A stretch of 63,494 bases of DNA, the filler included. It is 7 parts of 7 records of this genome, joined end to end, with 100 filler letters (N's around TTAATTAATTAA, not from the genome) between each part and the next. Parts side by side here need not be neighbours in the genome. Positions count along the whole stretch, not along the records: positions 1 to 15,858 come from SRR31147125_7363; 6 more parts are not named here. One strand, written 5' to 3'. The stretch's first letter is position 1. Each line of letters opens with the position of its first letter. The position numbers and the translations under genes were made by a program. Positions 1 through 10,205 of this stretch are shown one piece after another. The notes beneath the pieces are model-generated. The model saw nothing but the letters and a program-made list of their open reading frames with translations, did no database searches and was not told where the DNA came from.

Positions 1-6
1 TCACGA

Positions 7-33
7 GATCCTCGGGTCAAGCCCGAGGATAAC
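7..33. repeat. REP/RPE-like palindrome (ATCCTCGGG-TCAAG-CCCGAGGAT)
   Basis: Perfect 9-bp arms at 8-16 and 22-30; a related copy lies in the opposite orientation at 7759-7785. Confidence 0.6.
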
Positions 34-110
34 AGCACTCTATTTACAAATGCGACAACCCTTCATCTACAGATTTAAGCAAACATTATTATGTACGGCT
101 AATAAAGCAA

Positions 111-974
111 TTAATATTTCTTTACCATCTCATATTGACATGCCCACGATTCAAAACCTAGACTATTCAATGCATTTTTTAAATCGATTGCTTCTTTTGG
201 AAGATTTATTGCGACAACATCATTACCCTTAATCTTTGTTGAAGCAAAAGAAATGAGATCTTCGTAGATACCATCTTTACGGAAAATATCCTTTACTCCT
301 ATACTTGCAATTCTTCCACGATCCGGTGTGAAAACTATGTATCCCGCAACAACTCCATCAATCTCGGCAATGTAAGAGCTGACATTATTTTGCGCAGAGA
401 TAATTGCATCCCATGTATTTTGCCAGCATCTTTGATAATCATCAAATTCTAATCCAATTTCACAACATTCACGAGCTGCAACTTTTTTAAATTCAAGATT
501 CTTACTATTTGCAAATTTTATTTTAGCCTTTTCAATCTTGAAACAATCAAGTTCACGCAAAACCTCAAACCCTGATTTTTTGTAGAGATTAATCGCCTTT
601 TTATTATCGCGCAAAACCTCTAACAAATATTGTTTTGCACCCTTTTTAACAACAGCCTTTTCAGCAATTTCGAAAACTTCTTTTGAAAGCCCACCACCAC
701 GAAATTCTGGAACGATTGCCGTTCCCGAATCATATGCTGTAGGCACCCCATCAAATTCTCTAAATCCATTTAAGAGAAAACCTATCATCTTTTCATTTTC
801 AAAAATACCAACAGAAACATCAGGCAGATAACCATTTCGAGTTTGAAAAAGGTTGAGTTGATCTATAGTCATATCGATTGAAACTTGATAGTCACCGAAG
901 GCCGCATTCCAACAATGAAAGAGTTCATAAAAATCTTTATCGGTCAGCGTTCTGTAATTAATCGAATGATTCAT
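111..974 (-). CDS. Tandem GNAT family N-acetyltransferase
   Basis: GNAT motif A (PEFRGGGLS), NKKAINLYKKSGF and a second degenerate GNAT half; GGAGGTG RBS favours the ATG at 974 over 1028. Confidence 0.8.
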   Translation of the reverse strand: MNHSINYRTLTDKDFYELFHCWNAAFGDYQVSIDMTIDQLNLFQTRNGYLPDVSVGIFENEKMIGFLLNGFREFDGVPTAYDSGTAIVPEFRGGGLSKEVFEIAEKAVVKKGAKQYLLEVLRDNKKAINLYKKSGFEVLRELDCFKIEKAKIKFANSKNLEFKKVAARECCEIGLEFDDYQRCWQNTWDAIISAQNNVSSYIAEIDGVVAGYIVFTPDRGRIASIGVKDIFRKDGIYEDLISFASTKIKGNDVVAINLPKEAIDLKNALNSLGFESWACQYEMVKKY

Positions 975-1165
975 AACACCTCCTATTAGATTTTTTTGAT
1001 AATCTAAAACACCTATACCAAACCTCACAATTTAGCAAAAAAATATTCACCCCAAACCGATTTACAACCCCTGGGGTTGAAGAGCGGTTTAAAAACAGGG
1101 GGTTACACACTCCAAAGTGGAATTAGGTTCTTGACCAATGTTCAACAATCATTTAAAAACACTTC

Positions 1166-1957
1166 ATGACTTCTTATTTAATTGTTGGGGTAGCTTCCAT
1201 TTTTACTGCAGGGCTCACACTCTATTCAGGTTTTGGGCTTGGGACCTTGCTCATGCCTATTTTTGCGATCTTCTTTCCTGTCGAAGTTGCTATTGCGGCG
1301 ACAGCTGTTGTTCATGCAGCAAACAATGTCTTTAAAATATCTGTCGTTGGAAAGCATGCAGACAAATCGCTTGTCCTCAGGTTTGGCATACCCGCAATTT
1401 TTGCAGCATTTATTGGAGCGTATGTTCTCGGCTATGTATCAAGCTTTGGCGAAATTGTAAGATACTCAATTGGACCACGTACAGCAATAATTACTCCGAT
1501 CAAATTAGTCATGGGCTCACTCATGATGATCTTTGCACTCTTTGAACTCCTTCCAAAATTAAAGAAGATCAAATTCGATAAAAAATACTTATCACTCGGA
1601 GGCATATTGTCGGGGTTTTTCGGCGGGCTCTCTGGCCATCAAGGTGCACTTAGATCAGCATTTCTTGTAAAAGTAGGTGTCTCAACAAAGGCCTTTGTTG
1701 GAACAAATGCATTCATCGGATTCATGGTAGATTTTGCAAGAATTATCACCTATGGATACATGCTCTTCATGGCAAAAGCTAAAAGCCCTATAGATGGTAA
1801 TCAGTGGCCACTTATCCTAACCGGCATTCTATGTGCGTTTATTGGCGTAATGATTGGAAAGCGTTTTCTTCACAAAATAACAATGTCTACAGTACAAACC
1901 TTGACTGGTATTCTGCTTTTCGGAATTGCCCTAATTCTTGGAAGTGGCATTATTTAA
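1166..1957 (+). CDS. TSUP (TauE/SafE) family transporter
   Basis: Multi-TM protein with SGFGLGTLLMP and GFFGGLSGHQG repeat motifs. Confidence 0.8.
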   Translation: MTSYLIVGVASIFTAGLTLYSGFGLGTLLMPIFAIFFPVEVAIAATAVVHAANNVFKISVVGKHADKSLVLRFGIPAIFAAFIGAYVLGYVSSFGEIVRYSIGPRTAIITPIKLVMGSLMMIFALFELLPKLKKIKFDKKYLSLGGILSGFFGGLSGHQGALRSAFLVKVGVSTKAFVGTNAFIGFMVDFARIITYGYMLFMAKAKSPIDGNQWPLILTGILCAFIGVMIGKRFLHKITMSTVQTLTGILLFGIALILGSGII

Positions 1958-1960
1958 CAC

Positions 1961-4900
1961 TTATTGGTTATCCTCAGGAAGACGAGCATAGATAAAATCG
2001 TCAACTCTTATAAGCTCACCCAAGACCTCAAATGCTTCACTCATCTCTTCCTCACCACTAAACCGAGCTCTAATATCTCCGGGCTTACTAAAATCGATAT
2101 CACTACGCTGATAGATATCCCCAAGCAGCCCTCTCAAAGTACCATCTGAATCAGTATCTAAAGTTACAATCTCAAACCCCTGCTTTTCGAGCAACTGAAT
2201 AATCTGGTCTTCATAGTCTGCAATTATTGGTGATATCTTAATAAGAATATCACCCCCAGGCTTGACCAAACTTGCACCATAGAGAACAGATATCATATTT
2301 GGGATAGCATCGAGCATTGTAACACGAGAAAGAGTACGCCTTTTGAGTTTATCTAAACCTGTAAAAAGGACGCTTGCACCATTTAAACCGTTTTGATTAT
2401 AATGAAAAAGAGTGAGTCCTATTTGTGTTAAATCCCCCACTTGTCCTATTTCAATTGGAGAACGCAGGCTAACAACCTCTTGATGAATTCCAAGTAGGTG
2501 ATAACTGCTAAATTGATCTGCAAGCGCTCCCAAAGAGTATCCGGGCATTCCAAAATCCAACCACGCTGGGTTGTTAGTCGAATCAACATCACCCCAGAGC
2601 ACTCGACCTCCATGATCAAACCCTGAAATCAGGCGTCCTATTTCAGAATCGCTATCGAGTTGACTATTCGAAATCTCACCTCTTTGAAGTTTAGAAAGAA
2701 CCATCTCTGCTGCATCCCTCATTTTTACAAGCATCTCCTGAGCTGCCTCGCCCAACAGTACATCCCTTGAACCACTCCCCTGCGGGCCTTCTAAGCCATC
2801 CCCACCTTGTTCAATCAAAGCTCTTAATCTTCGAGCTCTCTCAATACTCTGATATAGTGGAGCACTTGAAACATCATAAGATCCAACTCCCCTACCTTCC
2901 TCCTTTGCAAAAGCAGCAATCTCTCCTTCATAAATTATTTCAGAAGCTCTAGGACCACCCACAACAACTCTTCTAGTCGTCGATTGTTGTTCAGTTAAAA
3001 CAATATCACCCTCATTAATATGAAATATTATTTGGGTAGTTGGTTCACCTCTAGGTTCTACCTCTTCATCCCTATCTGAAACTACTTCAACTCTCCATCC
3101 CATCGATTCAGCATATTCAACTACTGTTCTGTTACCAATTGGATCTCCTTCACTTACCCTTGTTGGATCTTCGCGATAGAGCTCCCTACCATATTTTGCA
3201 GCCTTTTCAGGAGGCATACCCTTTCCATTATCTTCAAATATCAGCTTAACAACGCCGCCACTATCATTTTGTTCAACTCTTAGCTGAAAAAAAGGAACTG
3301 CAATCCCAACGGGTTCTTTTGCAAACCTGATCGCATTGCTAAGCATATTGGTAACCATAATCTCAACTTTATGGAGATCAACATGATCTGCGAATGACAA
3401 ACCTTCAAGCCTTACGCCACGAATTTTCATCCGTTTTTCCGAGGCCAAATGAGCATATTTCAAACCTACTCCACCAATTACAGAATCTAGGGCCGGGATA
3501 ACTCCAAATAGAGCCTGCATTTTCAAAATAACGGAATCGATATTCTCTGCTAACTGTATACTCTGAAACGAATGATGTAACGGGCTCAAAAGATTGTGTC
3601 GAAGCTCCCTTATTTCTATGGCCTGCCTTGAAGCTTCATCCAACTCCTGAAGCACTTGCTCAGATTCTTTTAAAATAGCATTTAACAATGTTAGCTGCGT
3701 CTCAATTACTCCCAGCAGTTCCCCGCCTCTAAAACCGCTTTCTAAAGCATACCTTACATGAATTCTTGTAGAAGAATAAGCAGCTTTCCAATATGCAATT
3801 CGATCATCGATATTATTTAAAACAGGTCCCACAGCGAGAAGATCTACACCTAACTCATCTTCGACTTGGACATCGCCATTAGAAGGTTCAACGAGTCTCT
3901 TTCCTACCTCAACTACAACCTCTTTTTTATACCCACCCTCTTCACCTTTTATCATTTCAATCCATCCTGTGCCTCTAGCAACACTTTCTCTAAAACCAGG
4001 AACACTTGAAACATCATGAAGTTCTGGCATACCTTGATACGCGATGGACAAAGACATTGGAACCATTAGTCGTTCATAACCTTCTGGAGACTCTTCACTT
4101 AAAACTGGCTCACCATATAACTTACGCAATCTTTCGTTACCGCGCAGATATCTATCATAGAGTTTTTTATCACCTTCATCTTCTGACATTCCCAAGATTG
4201 CAGTAGACTCGGGAATCCAAATAGGCAACCTAACATCACCACCTTTGGCTTTTGCCCTCGCAGGAACAAGCCCAACCCTAACTCTATCTTGAACGTGCCT
4301 TAAGATTTCCTCAACAGGAAGATCCTCAGAACTACCATAAGATCTTACTCCAAAGCCAAATATTATAGTATCACCCTTTAGTGCAATTTCAGGTGGTGGT
4401 AGACCCAAATCAGCAAAAGCTCTTCTAATATTATCCATGAAGAGATGGTATTCCGCATCAGCAGTTCCAGGTTCAAAGAGATACTTATCGCTTCCAGTAC
4501 CGGGTCTAACAGCGCTAAAAAAATCATACATATAATCAACGTCTGCCGTACCCAGATGGGTTAACTCATCACCTCTCTTGACAAGTTGAACTTCAAAAGG
4601 ATGAACCCTCTCTTCGCCAAACCTTCCACTAAATCCTTGCTGGTAACGAATATCTCTTTGGGCATAAAATGTAACATAACTTAAAAGACCAGAGAGATCT
4701 TGAAGAGCTTTACGAAATTCACTTATTTCAGCCACACTCAAGGGTTCTGCTATTTGATTGTTTGCAGCTAATGAAATCCTATTCATTAAACCAAACAAAC
4801 TATTAAAAAGACCCGATTCTGGGTTATTAAAAATACCTGCTGTATGACTTGGTCTTGTCCAGCGATAACGACTTGCATATTCCAAAGTCTCATCATCAAT

Positions 4901-6634
4901 CGGCTCATTTCCCAAAAGATGAGGAACATGTCTAGCCGGAGGGGCATAACCGACCCCAGCATCAACCATTCTATCAAATTCTTGTGCTAACTCTAAATCT
5001 TCAGGGCGATCGCTAGTTGAATAGACAATCTGCAATGGCGCGTCAGGCAGATGCCTACCAGACCTAACCGCATCCGCTTCTGATATAGATTCTAATCTTC
5101 TTCTACGATCAAAAAATGAAGTCATTCCTGAAAGACCACGAATCTCACTTTCAACATGTGTTCTAATGTTTTGTTCGTAGTTTACGAGCTGACGACTTCT
5201 CTCTTGAGCATCTTCTATTGAACGATATTCATCTGGACCATCTTCAAAACCTTCTGGTCTTCCAATCCTTCTAAAACCAACAGTTATTACTGGAGTAAAA
5301 GCTGCTGCCTTCTCTAAAATTGCCTCCCAACCTTCTGGCTTTTCTTCTCTAATTCTGGCTTCGGTTCGCTCTTTTAGATAGATTGAGTATAAACCGAGCT
5401 TTCCTTCCAACTCTCTTGCACTCGCCCAATCACCTATTATCTTAATATTTGTAGCTCCCTCACGACTTACAGTTCCCCACAAATGTCTTTCATCAGTAAC
5501 ACCCCTACTGGAACGTTCAAACATTTCACGAAGCAATTTGATATGCTCTACTAAAAGATAGTCTCCATATAAATCTGAAACACTTTTATTAGCACCACTC
5601 ATATTGAGCATAACAATAGTTAAACTCAATTCTTCCCTATCAAATAACCGCTGAACCATCTTCTCGGAACCTGCATATTTACTAATGCCATCTTCAAGAA
5701 GCTGCTTCTCCAGATCAAGATGCATTCGCTTCGTGGTTGAAATAAAAATATCTTGGACTTCGCCAACTTTTAGTAAAAATATTTCTATAAAACGTTCAGC
5801 ATCATTTTCCCCTAAAATATCTACTAATCTTTTCTTGAATAAATCGGTTCTTTCCTGGAGGGTTGGTCTTGCAAAGGAATCATCTATAGCTCTATTTATC
5901 GTCTCTTCTTGCTGAGCATCTAGATCTAATTCAGAAGCGACTGCTTTAACTATTAATGTTCGATAACTATCCTTAAGAGCGGCAAGCTTTATACCAATAT
6001 CTAACAAAATAGCTTTAGCATCATCGATAGACAGGCTTCGAACCAGTGCATATTTCAAACTCTCACTTATTTGATCATATATTTTTTTAAACTGCTCAAA
6101 ATTCTGATCTAGCCTCGTCTGCAAGGCTCCACTTCTTAAACCTCCCGGAAGAGCAAGTATCCTACTTCCAGAACTAACCAAACTAATCAAACCAGCTAGG
6201 GTTGGATTCTGACTACCTGTTAATGCAATGGCTCCTCTATGAACAGCTTCACTTGTCGCTTCACCCTGCAAGGAATCAAAGGGTCTTTCTAGAGTAGCTT
6301 GCACTCTATCAGCAGCATCTAGTAATCCTGATATGGAACCCACAACTCTCTTCCAGTTTCGTGATAGCGCTTTGGCAGCTGCAATCTGCTTTTGAACACT
6401 ATCAATACCAGTAACATCAGGAAGAATTGTCGAGAAAATATCAGGAGCAGAATGAACAGAGTCATATCGTTCTTCGCCACTGGCATTTGGTGAATCTCCA
6501 CCTATTCTGCCTGGAACCAATCCAGGAGCAGTTTTATAAGCCCCAGGTTGAAATATTTGACCTTTCTGTTGAGGAGCCACACCAGTTTTTACAGGAGTGA
6601 CTACCCTAGGTCTAGTTTTACCGCTAAAAGCCAT
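1961..6634 (-). CDS. 1557-aa orphan multidomain protein with a histidine-kinase (HisKA/HATPase_c) module
   Basis: H-box-like ELRHNLLSPL, N-box NMLSNAIRFA, G1 FEDNGKGM; possible degenerate GGDEF-like segments and a C-terminal MTase-like LVKPGG; AAGGA RBS. Confidence 0.6.
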   Translation of the reverse strand: MAFSGKTRPRVVTPVKTGVAPQQKGQIFQPGAYKTAPGLVPGRIGGDSPNASGEERYDSVHSAPDIFSTILPDVTGIDSVQKQIAAAKALSRNWKRVVGSISGLLDAADRVQATLERPFDSLQGEATSEAVHRGAIALTGSQNPTLAGLISLVSSGSRILALPGGLRSGALQTRLDQNFEQFKKIYDQISESLKYALVRSLSIDDAKAILLDIGIKLAALKDSYRTLIVKAVASELDLDAQQEETINRAIDDSFARPTLQERTDLFKKRLVDILGENDAERFIEIFLLKVGEVQDIFISTTKRMHLDLEKQLLEDGISKYAGSEKMVQRLFDREELSLTIVMLNMSGANKSVSDLYGDYLLVEHIKLLREMFERSSRGVTDERHLWGTVSREGATNIKIIGDWASARELEGKLGLYSIYLKERTEARIREEKPEGWEAILEKAAAFTPVITVGFRRIGRPEGFEDGPDEYRSIEDAQERSRQLVNYEQNIRTHVESEIRGLSGMTSFFDRRRRLESISEADAVRSGRHLPDAPLQIVYSTSDRPEDLELAQEFDRMVDAGVGYAPPARHVPHLLGNEPIDDETLEYASRYRWTRPSHTAGIFNNPESGLFNSLFGLMNRISLAANNQIAEPLSVAEISEFRKALQDLSGLLSYVTFYAQRDIRYQQGFSGRFGEERVHPFEVQLVKRGDELTHLGTADVDYMYDFFSAVRPGTGSDKYLFEPGTADAEYHLFMDNIRRAFADLGLPPPEIALKGDTIIFGFGVRSYGSSEDLPVEEILRHVQDRVRVGLVPARAKAKGGDVRLPIWIPESTAILGMSEDEGDKKLYDRYLRGNERLRKLYGEPVLSEESPEGYERLMVPMSLSIAYQGMPELHDVSSVPGFRESVARGTGWIEMIKGEEGGYKKEVVVEVGKRLVEPSNGDVQVEDELGVDLLAVGPVLNNIDDRIAYWKAAYSSTRIHVRYALESGFRGGELLGVIETQLTLLNAILKESEQVLQELDEASRQAIEIRELRHNLLSPLHHSFQSIQLAENIDSVILKMQALFGVIPALDSVIGGVGLKYAHLASEKRMKIRGVRLEGLSFADHVDLHKVEIMVTNMLSNAIRFAKEPVGIAVPFFQLRVEQNDSGGVVKLIFEDNGKGMPPEKAAKYGRELYREDPTRVSEGDPIGNRTVVEYAESMGWRVEVVSDRDEEVEPRGEPTTQIIFHINEGDIVLTEQQSTTRRVVVGGPRASEIIYEGEIAAFAKEEGRGVGSYDVSSAPLYQSIERARRLRALIEQGGDGLEGPQGSGSRDVLLGEAAQEMLVKMRDAAEMVLSKLQRGEISNSQLDSDSEIGRLISGFDHGGRVLWGDVDSTNNPAWLDFGMPGYSLGALADQFSSYHLLGIHQEVVSLRSPIEIGQVGDLTQIGLTLFHYNQNGLNGASVLFTGLDKLKRRTLSRVTMLDAIPNMISVLYGASLVKPGGDILIKISPIIADYEDQIIQLLEKQGFEIVTLDTDSDGTLRGLLGDIYQRSDIDFSKPGDIRARFSGEEEMSEAFEVLGELIRVDDFIYARLPEDNQ

Positions 6635-6674
6635 TTTAACTTCCTTTAATTATGCAATCTTCTTAAGTAACTAT

Positions 6675-6701
6675 TTATCGGAATAAACGAGCTATCGTTG
6701 C
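6675..6701 (-). promoter_or_regulatory. Putative sigma28(FliA)-like promoter GCAAC-N15-CCGATAA
   Basis: Minus-strand TCCGATAA is 7/8 to the sigma28 -10 (GCCGATAA), about 40 bp upstream of the 1557-aa ORF; the -35 is non-canonical. Confidence 0.4.
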
Positions 6702-7018
6702 GATTTTTCTTACTTTTTTGGAAAAAGGCGTTGTCATACCGACAACAATATTGGGATAATGCAGATATGGCATACTTATACTTAATTATATATAAATATG
6801 CACTCTCATATACTATATATTAATTTATATTTAGCATATTATTACTTAAAGATACTTTACAATCATTATATAATACATATTTAAACATTAATTAAATTAT
6901 TTTATATATTAATAATATTATTTGGTGTCTAAATATATATCAAAGACTCTGCTTGATTTATTTGTCTCCTATGCTAGGTTCACGACACTTAAAACTAACA
7001 AGTGACAACGGAGGAGAT

Positions 7019-7321
7019 ATGGCATCAACAGTAGACGAAATCACAATTAATTGGTCAGATCCAGCAGATGGAACACAGAAGGTCAAAGAATTAAAAAAAG
7101 AGGTCCTCACCAAAGGTGCCTGGACAACAATCATGTTTCTCTATCAAGAACTGAACAATAAAACTAATGAATTTGGTGAACCAAAGATTCGTATCCAAAG
7201 ATACCAAAAAAGAAACGATGTCTATATTCCAAAAAGCAAGTTCAACATAACAAACGCCAAGCAGGGATATCAGATTATTGATATCATCAAGAAATGGTTT
7301 CCTGACAAACCAGAAGCCTAA
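7019..7321 (+). CDS. Conserved hypothetical protein (~100 aa)
   Basis: GGAGGAG RBS before the ATG at 7019; basic, globular-looking sequence (KGAWTTIMFLYQE...RYQK). Confidence 0.65.
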   Translation: MASTVDEITINWSDPADGTQKVKELKKEVLTKGAWTTIMFLYQELNNKTNEFGEPKIRIQRYQKRNDVYIPKSKFNITNAKQGYQIIDIIKKWFPDKPEA

Positions 7322-7412
7322 GAGTGTTCAGCCTGACAACGGTTTAATAAAAATAGTCGCAACAATATAACTGAAATAGCGATATCTTACTATATAGAAA
7401 GGAGATATCGCT

Positions 7413-7745
7413 ATGATTACATGTGGAAATCATAAATCTGAAATTCCATTTTCAGTTGGAGATCAAAATTATCTTTTTCATACACATCAATGGTGTGAAA
7501 ACGTAGACCTTCTTGGAGAGGAGAGATTTGTTCGTCACTGGATTTCAACAACGGAAACACCAAATTCAATAAATCAACCAGACGCTCACTACATAATGTC
7601 TGCACCTGTTTCTGAATTTAAAAGTATCCCAGAGAGTTATTCTTTTATAATTAAAGACCTAATAGCAGATCACTTTCCAAACCTAACTTGTGATACGTCA
7701 CTTTTCAGTGAAGATGCTTCTATTTTTACAAATAAAATCAGGTAG
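7413..7745 (+). CDS. Hypothetical protein
   Basis: AAGGAG RBS; 110-aa ORF followed by a terminator. Confidence 0.55.
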   Translation: MITCGNHKSEIPFSVGDQNYLFHTHQWCENVDLLGEERFVRHWISTTETPNSINQPDAHYIMSAPVSEFKSIPESYSFIIKDLIADHFPNLTCDTSLFSEDASIFTNKIR

Positions 7746-7758
7746 TCTTTTTAAAACA

Positions 7759-7785
7759 GTTATTCCGGGCTTGACCCAGGATGAC
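7759..7785. repeat. Degenerate REP/RPE-like palindrome
   Basis: GTTATTCCGGGCTTGACCCAGGATGAC resembles the reverse complement of 7-33. Confidence 0.5.
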
Positions 7786-7792
7786 ACATTAA

Positions 7793-7828
7793 AAAAGCCG
7801 GATAGCTTATTGAAGCTATCCGGCTTTT
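7793..7828. terminator. Bidirectional intrinsic terminator
   Basis: AAAAGCCGGATAGCTT-ATTG-AAGCTATCCGGCTTTT perfect stem between convergent genes. Confidence 0.85.
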
Positions 7829-7844
7829 ATTACGAATAATAGTC

Positions 7845-8588
7845 TTACTTAGATTTTCCCTGATTCGCAACAGACGCCATTGCGGCTTCGATTGCTTCTT
7901 GGTCACCTAGGTAATAATGTTTGATTGGTTTCAAATCTTCGTCCAATTCATAAACTAATGGAACACCGGTTGGGATGTTTAACTTCAATATCTCTTCATC
8001 AGAGATATTATCTAGATACTTAACCAAAGCTCTCAAGCTGTTTCCATGAGCCGCAATCAAAACTTTCTTTCCCGATTTGATTGAAGGTGCAATTGTTTCA
8101 TGCCAGTATGGCAAGAAACGATCCACTGTATCTTTCAAACACTCTGTCAAAGGAAGATCGCTCTTATCCATATCCTGATATCTTGGATCTTTGCCTGGAT
8201 ATCTATCATCACTCTCTTCAAGTGCTGGTGGTGGAGTATCGTAACTTCTTCTCCAGATTAGAACCTGTTCATCACCATACTCTTCAGCAGTCTCTGCCTT
8301 ATTCAAACCCTGCAAAGCACCATAATGTCTCTCGTTGAGTCTCCAACAACGATTCACTGGAATCCACATGAGATCCATATTATCTAATGTAATCCAAAGA
8401 GTTCTAATGGCTCTTTTCAAAACAGAAGTATATGCAACATCGAATGTAAAACCTTCATCTTTCAAAAGCTGACCTGCTCTATTTGCCTCAGTCAAACCTT
8501 TTTCAGAAAGATCAACATCCGTCCAACCCGTAAAACGGTTTTCTTTGTTCCATGTGCTTTCACCGTGTCTTAACAATACTAATTTCAT
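7845..8588 (-). CDS. gpmA: 2,3-bisphosphoglycerate-dependent phosphoglycerate mutase
   Basis: [32 protein letters not shown] motifs. Confidence 0.97.
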   Translation of the reverse strand: MKLVLLRHGESTWNKENRFTGWTDVDLSEKGLTEANRAGQLLKDEGFTFDVAYTSVLKRAIRTLWITLDNMDLMWIPVNRCWRLNERHYGALQGLNKAETAEEYGDEQVLIWRRSYDTPPPALEESDDRYPGKDPRYQDMDKSDLPLTECLKDTVDRFLPYWHETIAPSIKSGKKVLIAAHGNSLRALVKYLDNISDEEILKLNIPTGVPLVYELDEDLKPIKHYYLGDQEAIEAAMASVANQGKSK

Positions 8589-8657
8589 CTCGCCTCCTTA
8601 TATAAAATGCGGCACCCGACTTACTAGCGCTAAAGCTCTTTGTCAACGACTAACATA

Positions 8658-9074
8658 CTATTTAAGTTTTTTCCCCGTACTAACTCTGACCAATTCACCA
8701 ACAGCTACACCTTTTGTGCCAACCAACATGTCAGCAAACTTACTAATTTCGCTGCTTTTCCCCTTAAGCATGATAACCTCAAGACAGTTATCGTGATCAA
8801 CATGAACATGCATTGTTGACGCAATCAAATGCCCATACTCATGCTGAAGGTCTGTAATCTTGCTCAAAAGATTCCTCTGATGATGATCATAAACCATCGT
8901 TATCGTTCCGCAGACAGTTTCATCACCCTTCCACTCTTCTTTCACCATCTCTTTTCGGACAATATCACGAAAGGCTTCCGAACGATTCTCGTAACCTCTC
9001 GTTTCAAGAATCTTATCAAATTTATCCGAAAGTGTTTTTGGAATTGAAACACTAAACCTCACCAAATCAGACAT
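8658..9074 (-). CDS. nikR: Nickel-responsive regulator NikR
   Basis: RHH N-terminus (RFSVSI...NRSEAFRD) and YDHH...HVHVDHDNCLEV metal site. Confidence 0.93.
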   Translation of the reverse strand: MSDLVRFSVSIPKTLSDKFDKILETRGYENRSEAFRDIVRKEMVKEEWKGDETVCGTITMVYDHHQRNLLSKITDLQHEYGHLIASTMHVHVDHDNCLEVIMLKGKSSEISKFADMLVGTKGVAVGELVRVSTGKKLK

Positions 9075-9087
9075 GACGCCTCCAAAA

Positions 9088-10194
9088 CTACTTGAACTGG
9101 TTAGGACCTGGAATCCACTTATTCTCTATATACCACTGAATTGTTCCAGGGAAACCATCATCAAACGATTTATTTTTGAAGATATACCCAAGATCTCTAA
9201 GCTTTTTACTAGAATAGTATCTATGACCAATAAAGTAGCTATAGAACTGTCTTTCAAAGTGTGGAACAAAAATAGGATCAAGTGAATATTTCTTCTGGAG
9301 CTTTAGCCACTTCTTCTTCACCCAAGGATTTAGAATTCGGAGCATCAGACCGCTTGTCAGAAGCATAAATTTTCCATAGAGATCTATCAAAATATGTGGA
9401 AGTGGAATTGTAAATTTAAACATATTCCTAATTCCAAAAGCATGACAAAGCTTACAAGCAAAATTTCCTGAATACATAAACTCTTGATCAGCAATGTTAT
9501 AAACCTCACCAAAGGCCTTTACGTTCCCAAGCGAAAAAATAAGCGCTCTTGAAACGTCATCAACATGTGTAAAGGTGAGTTTTGAACCGCCTCTGATATA
9601 TGGATAAAAAGGCAATCTCAGGAATTTAAAAAAGATCGGCCAAAAGAAGAAGACTCCTGCAATGTAGATACTTCCTGGCCCATAAATAGCTGAAGGCCTG
9701 AAAACCGTGACCTCGATTCCTTCTTCCTTTGCTATTCGCCAGACTGCATCCTCGCCCTCTTTCTTACTCTTAGCATAATTATTTATCGGTTTCTGAGGGT
9801 GGTTTTCGTCACCCGGAAGATGTTTCAAAGTCCCATAAATATCTGCCGACGAAACATGAACAAACTGTTTTACACCTTTTGAAGCCGAAACCTTTAAAAC
9901 ATTCTCTGTTCCAAGTACATTTACACGCCTCAAAACGTCTATATCTGCTGTCAAATCAAAAAGAGCCGCGCAATGAATAACATAATCCACGCCATCAACA
10001 GCTTTTTCAATTTCTACCCTATTTAACAAATCGGCATAAACGGTTTCAGCGCCCATCTTTTCAAGTTCAGACATGTCTGATCCGTGAATATCTGTAGCTC
10101 TTACTTTAAAGCCCTGATCCAGCAAGTCTTTTACAACATGCCGCCCCAAATATCCGGCTGCGCCATTAACTAATACTATGCAATTCTTATCCAT
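9088..10194 (-). CDS. NAD-dependent epimerase/dehydratase (extended SDR, 3-beta-HSD-like)
   Basis: GAAGYLG Rossmann motif, YAKSK catalytic motif, RPSAIYGP. Confidence 0.85.
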   Translation of the reverse strand: MDKNCIVLVNGAAGYLGRHVVKDLLDQGFKVRATDIHGSDMSELEKMGAETVYADLLNRVEIEKAVDGVDYVIHCAALFDLTADIDVLRRVNVLGTENVLKVSASKGVKQFVHVSSADIYGTLKHLPGDENHPQKPINNYAKSKKEGEDAVWRIAKEEGIEVTVFRPSAIYGPGSIYIAGVFFFWPIFFKFLRLPFYPYIRGGSKLTFTHVDDVSRALIFSLGNVKAFGEVYNIADQEFMYSGNFACKLCHAFGIRNMFKFTIPLPHILIDLYGKFMLLTSGLMLRILNPWVKKKWLKLQKKYSLDPIFVPHFERQFYSYFIGHRYYSSKKLRDLGYIFKNKSFDDGFPGTIQWYIENKWIPGPNQFK

Positions 10195-10205
10195 TGTTCT
10201 CCCAT

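Noticed and set aside
1053-1105. CAACCCC-T-GGGGTTG palindrome and nearby CAGGGGGTT between divergent genes
   Set aside because: Single occurrence with no assignable regulator; too weak to call.
6770-6940. AT-rich tract as a replication origin
   Set aside because: No DnaA-box cluster or iterons seen; more likely promoter or silencer DNA.
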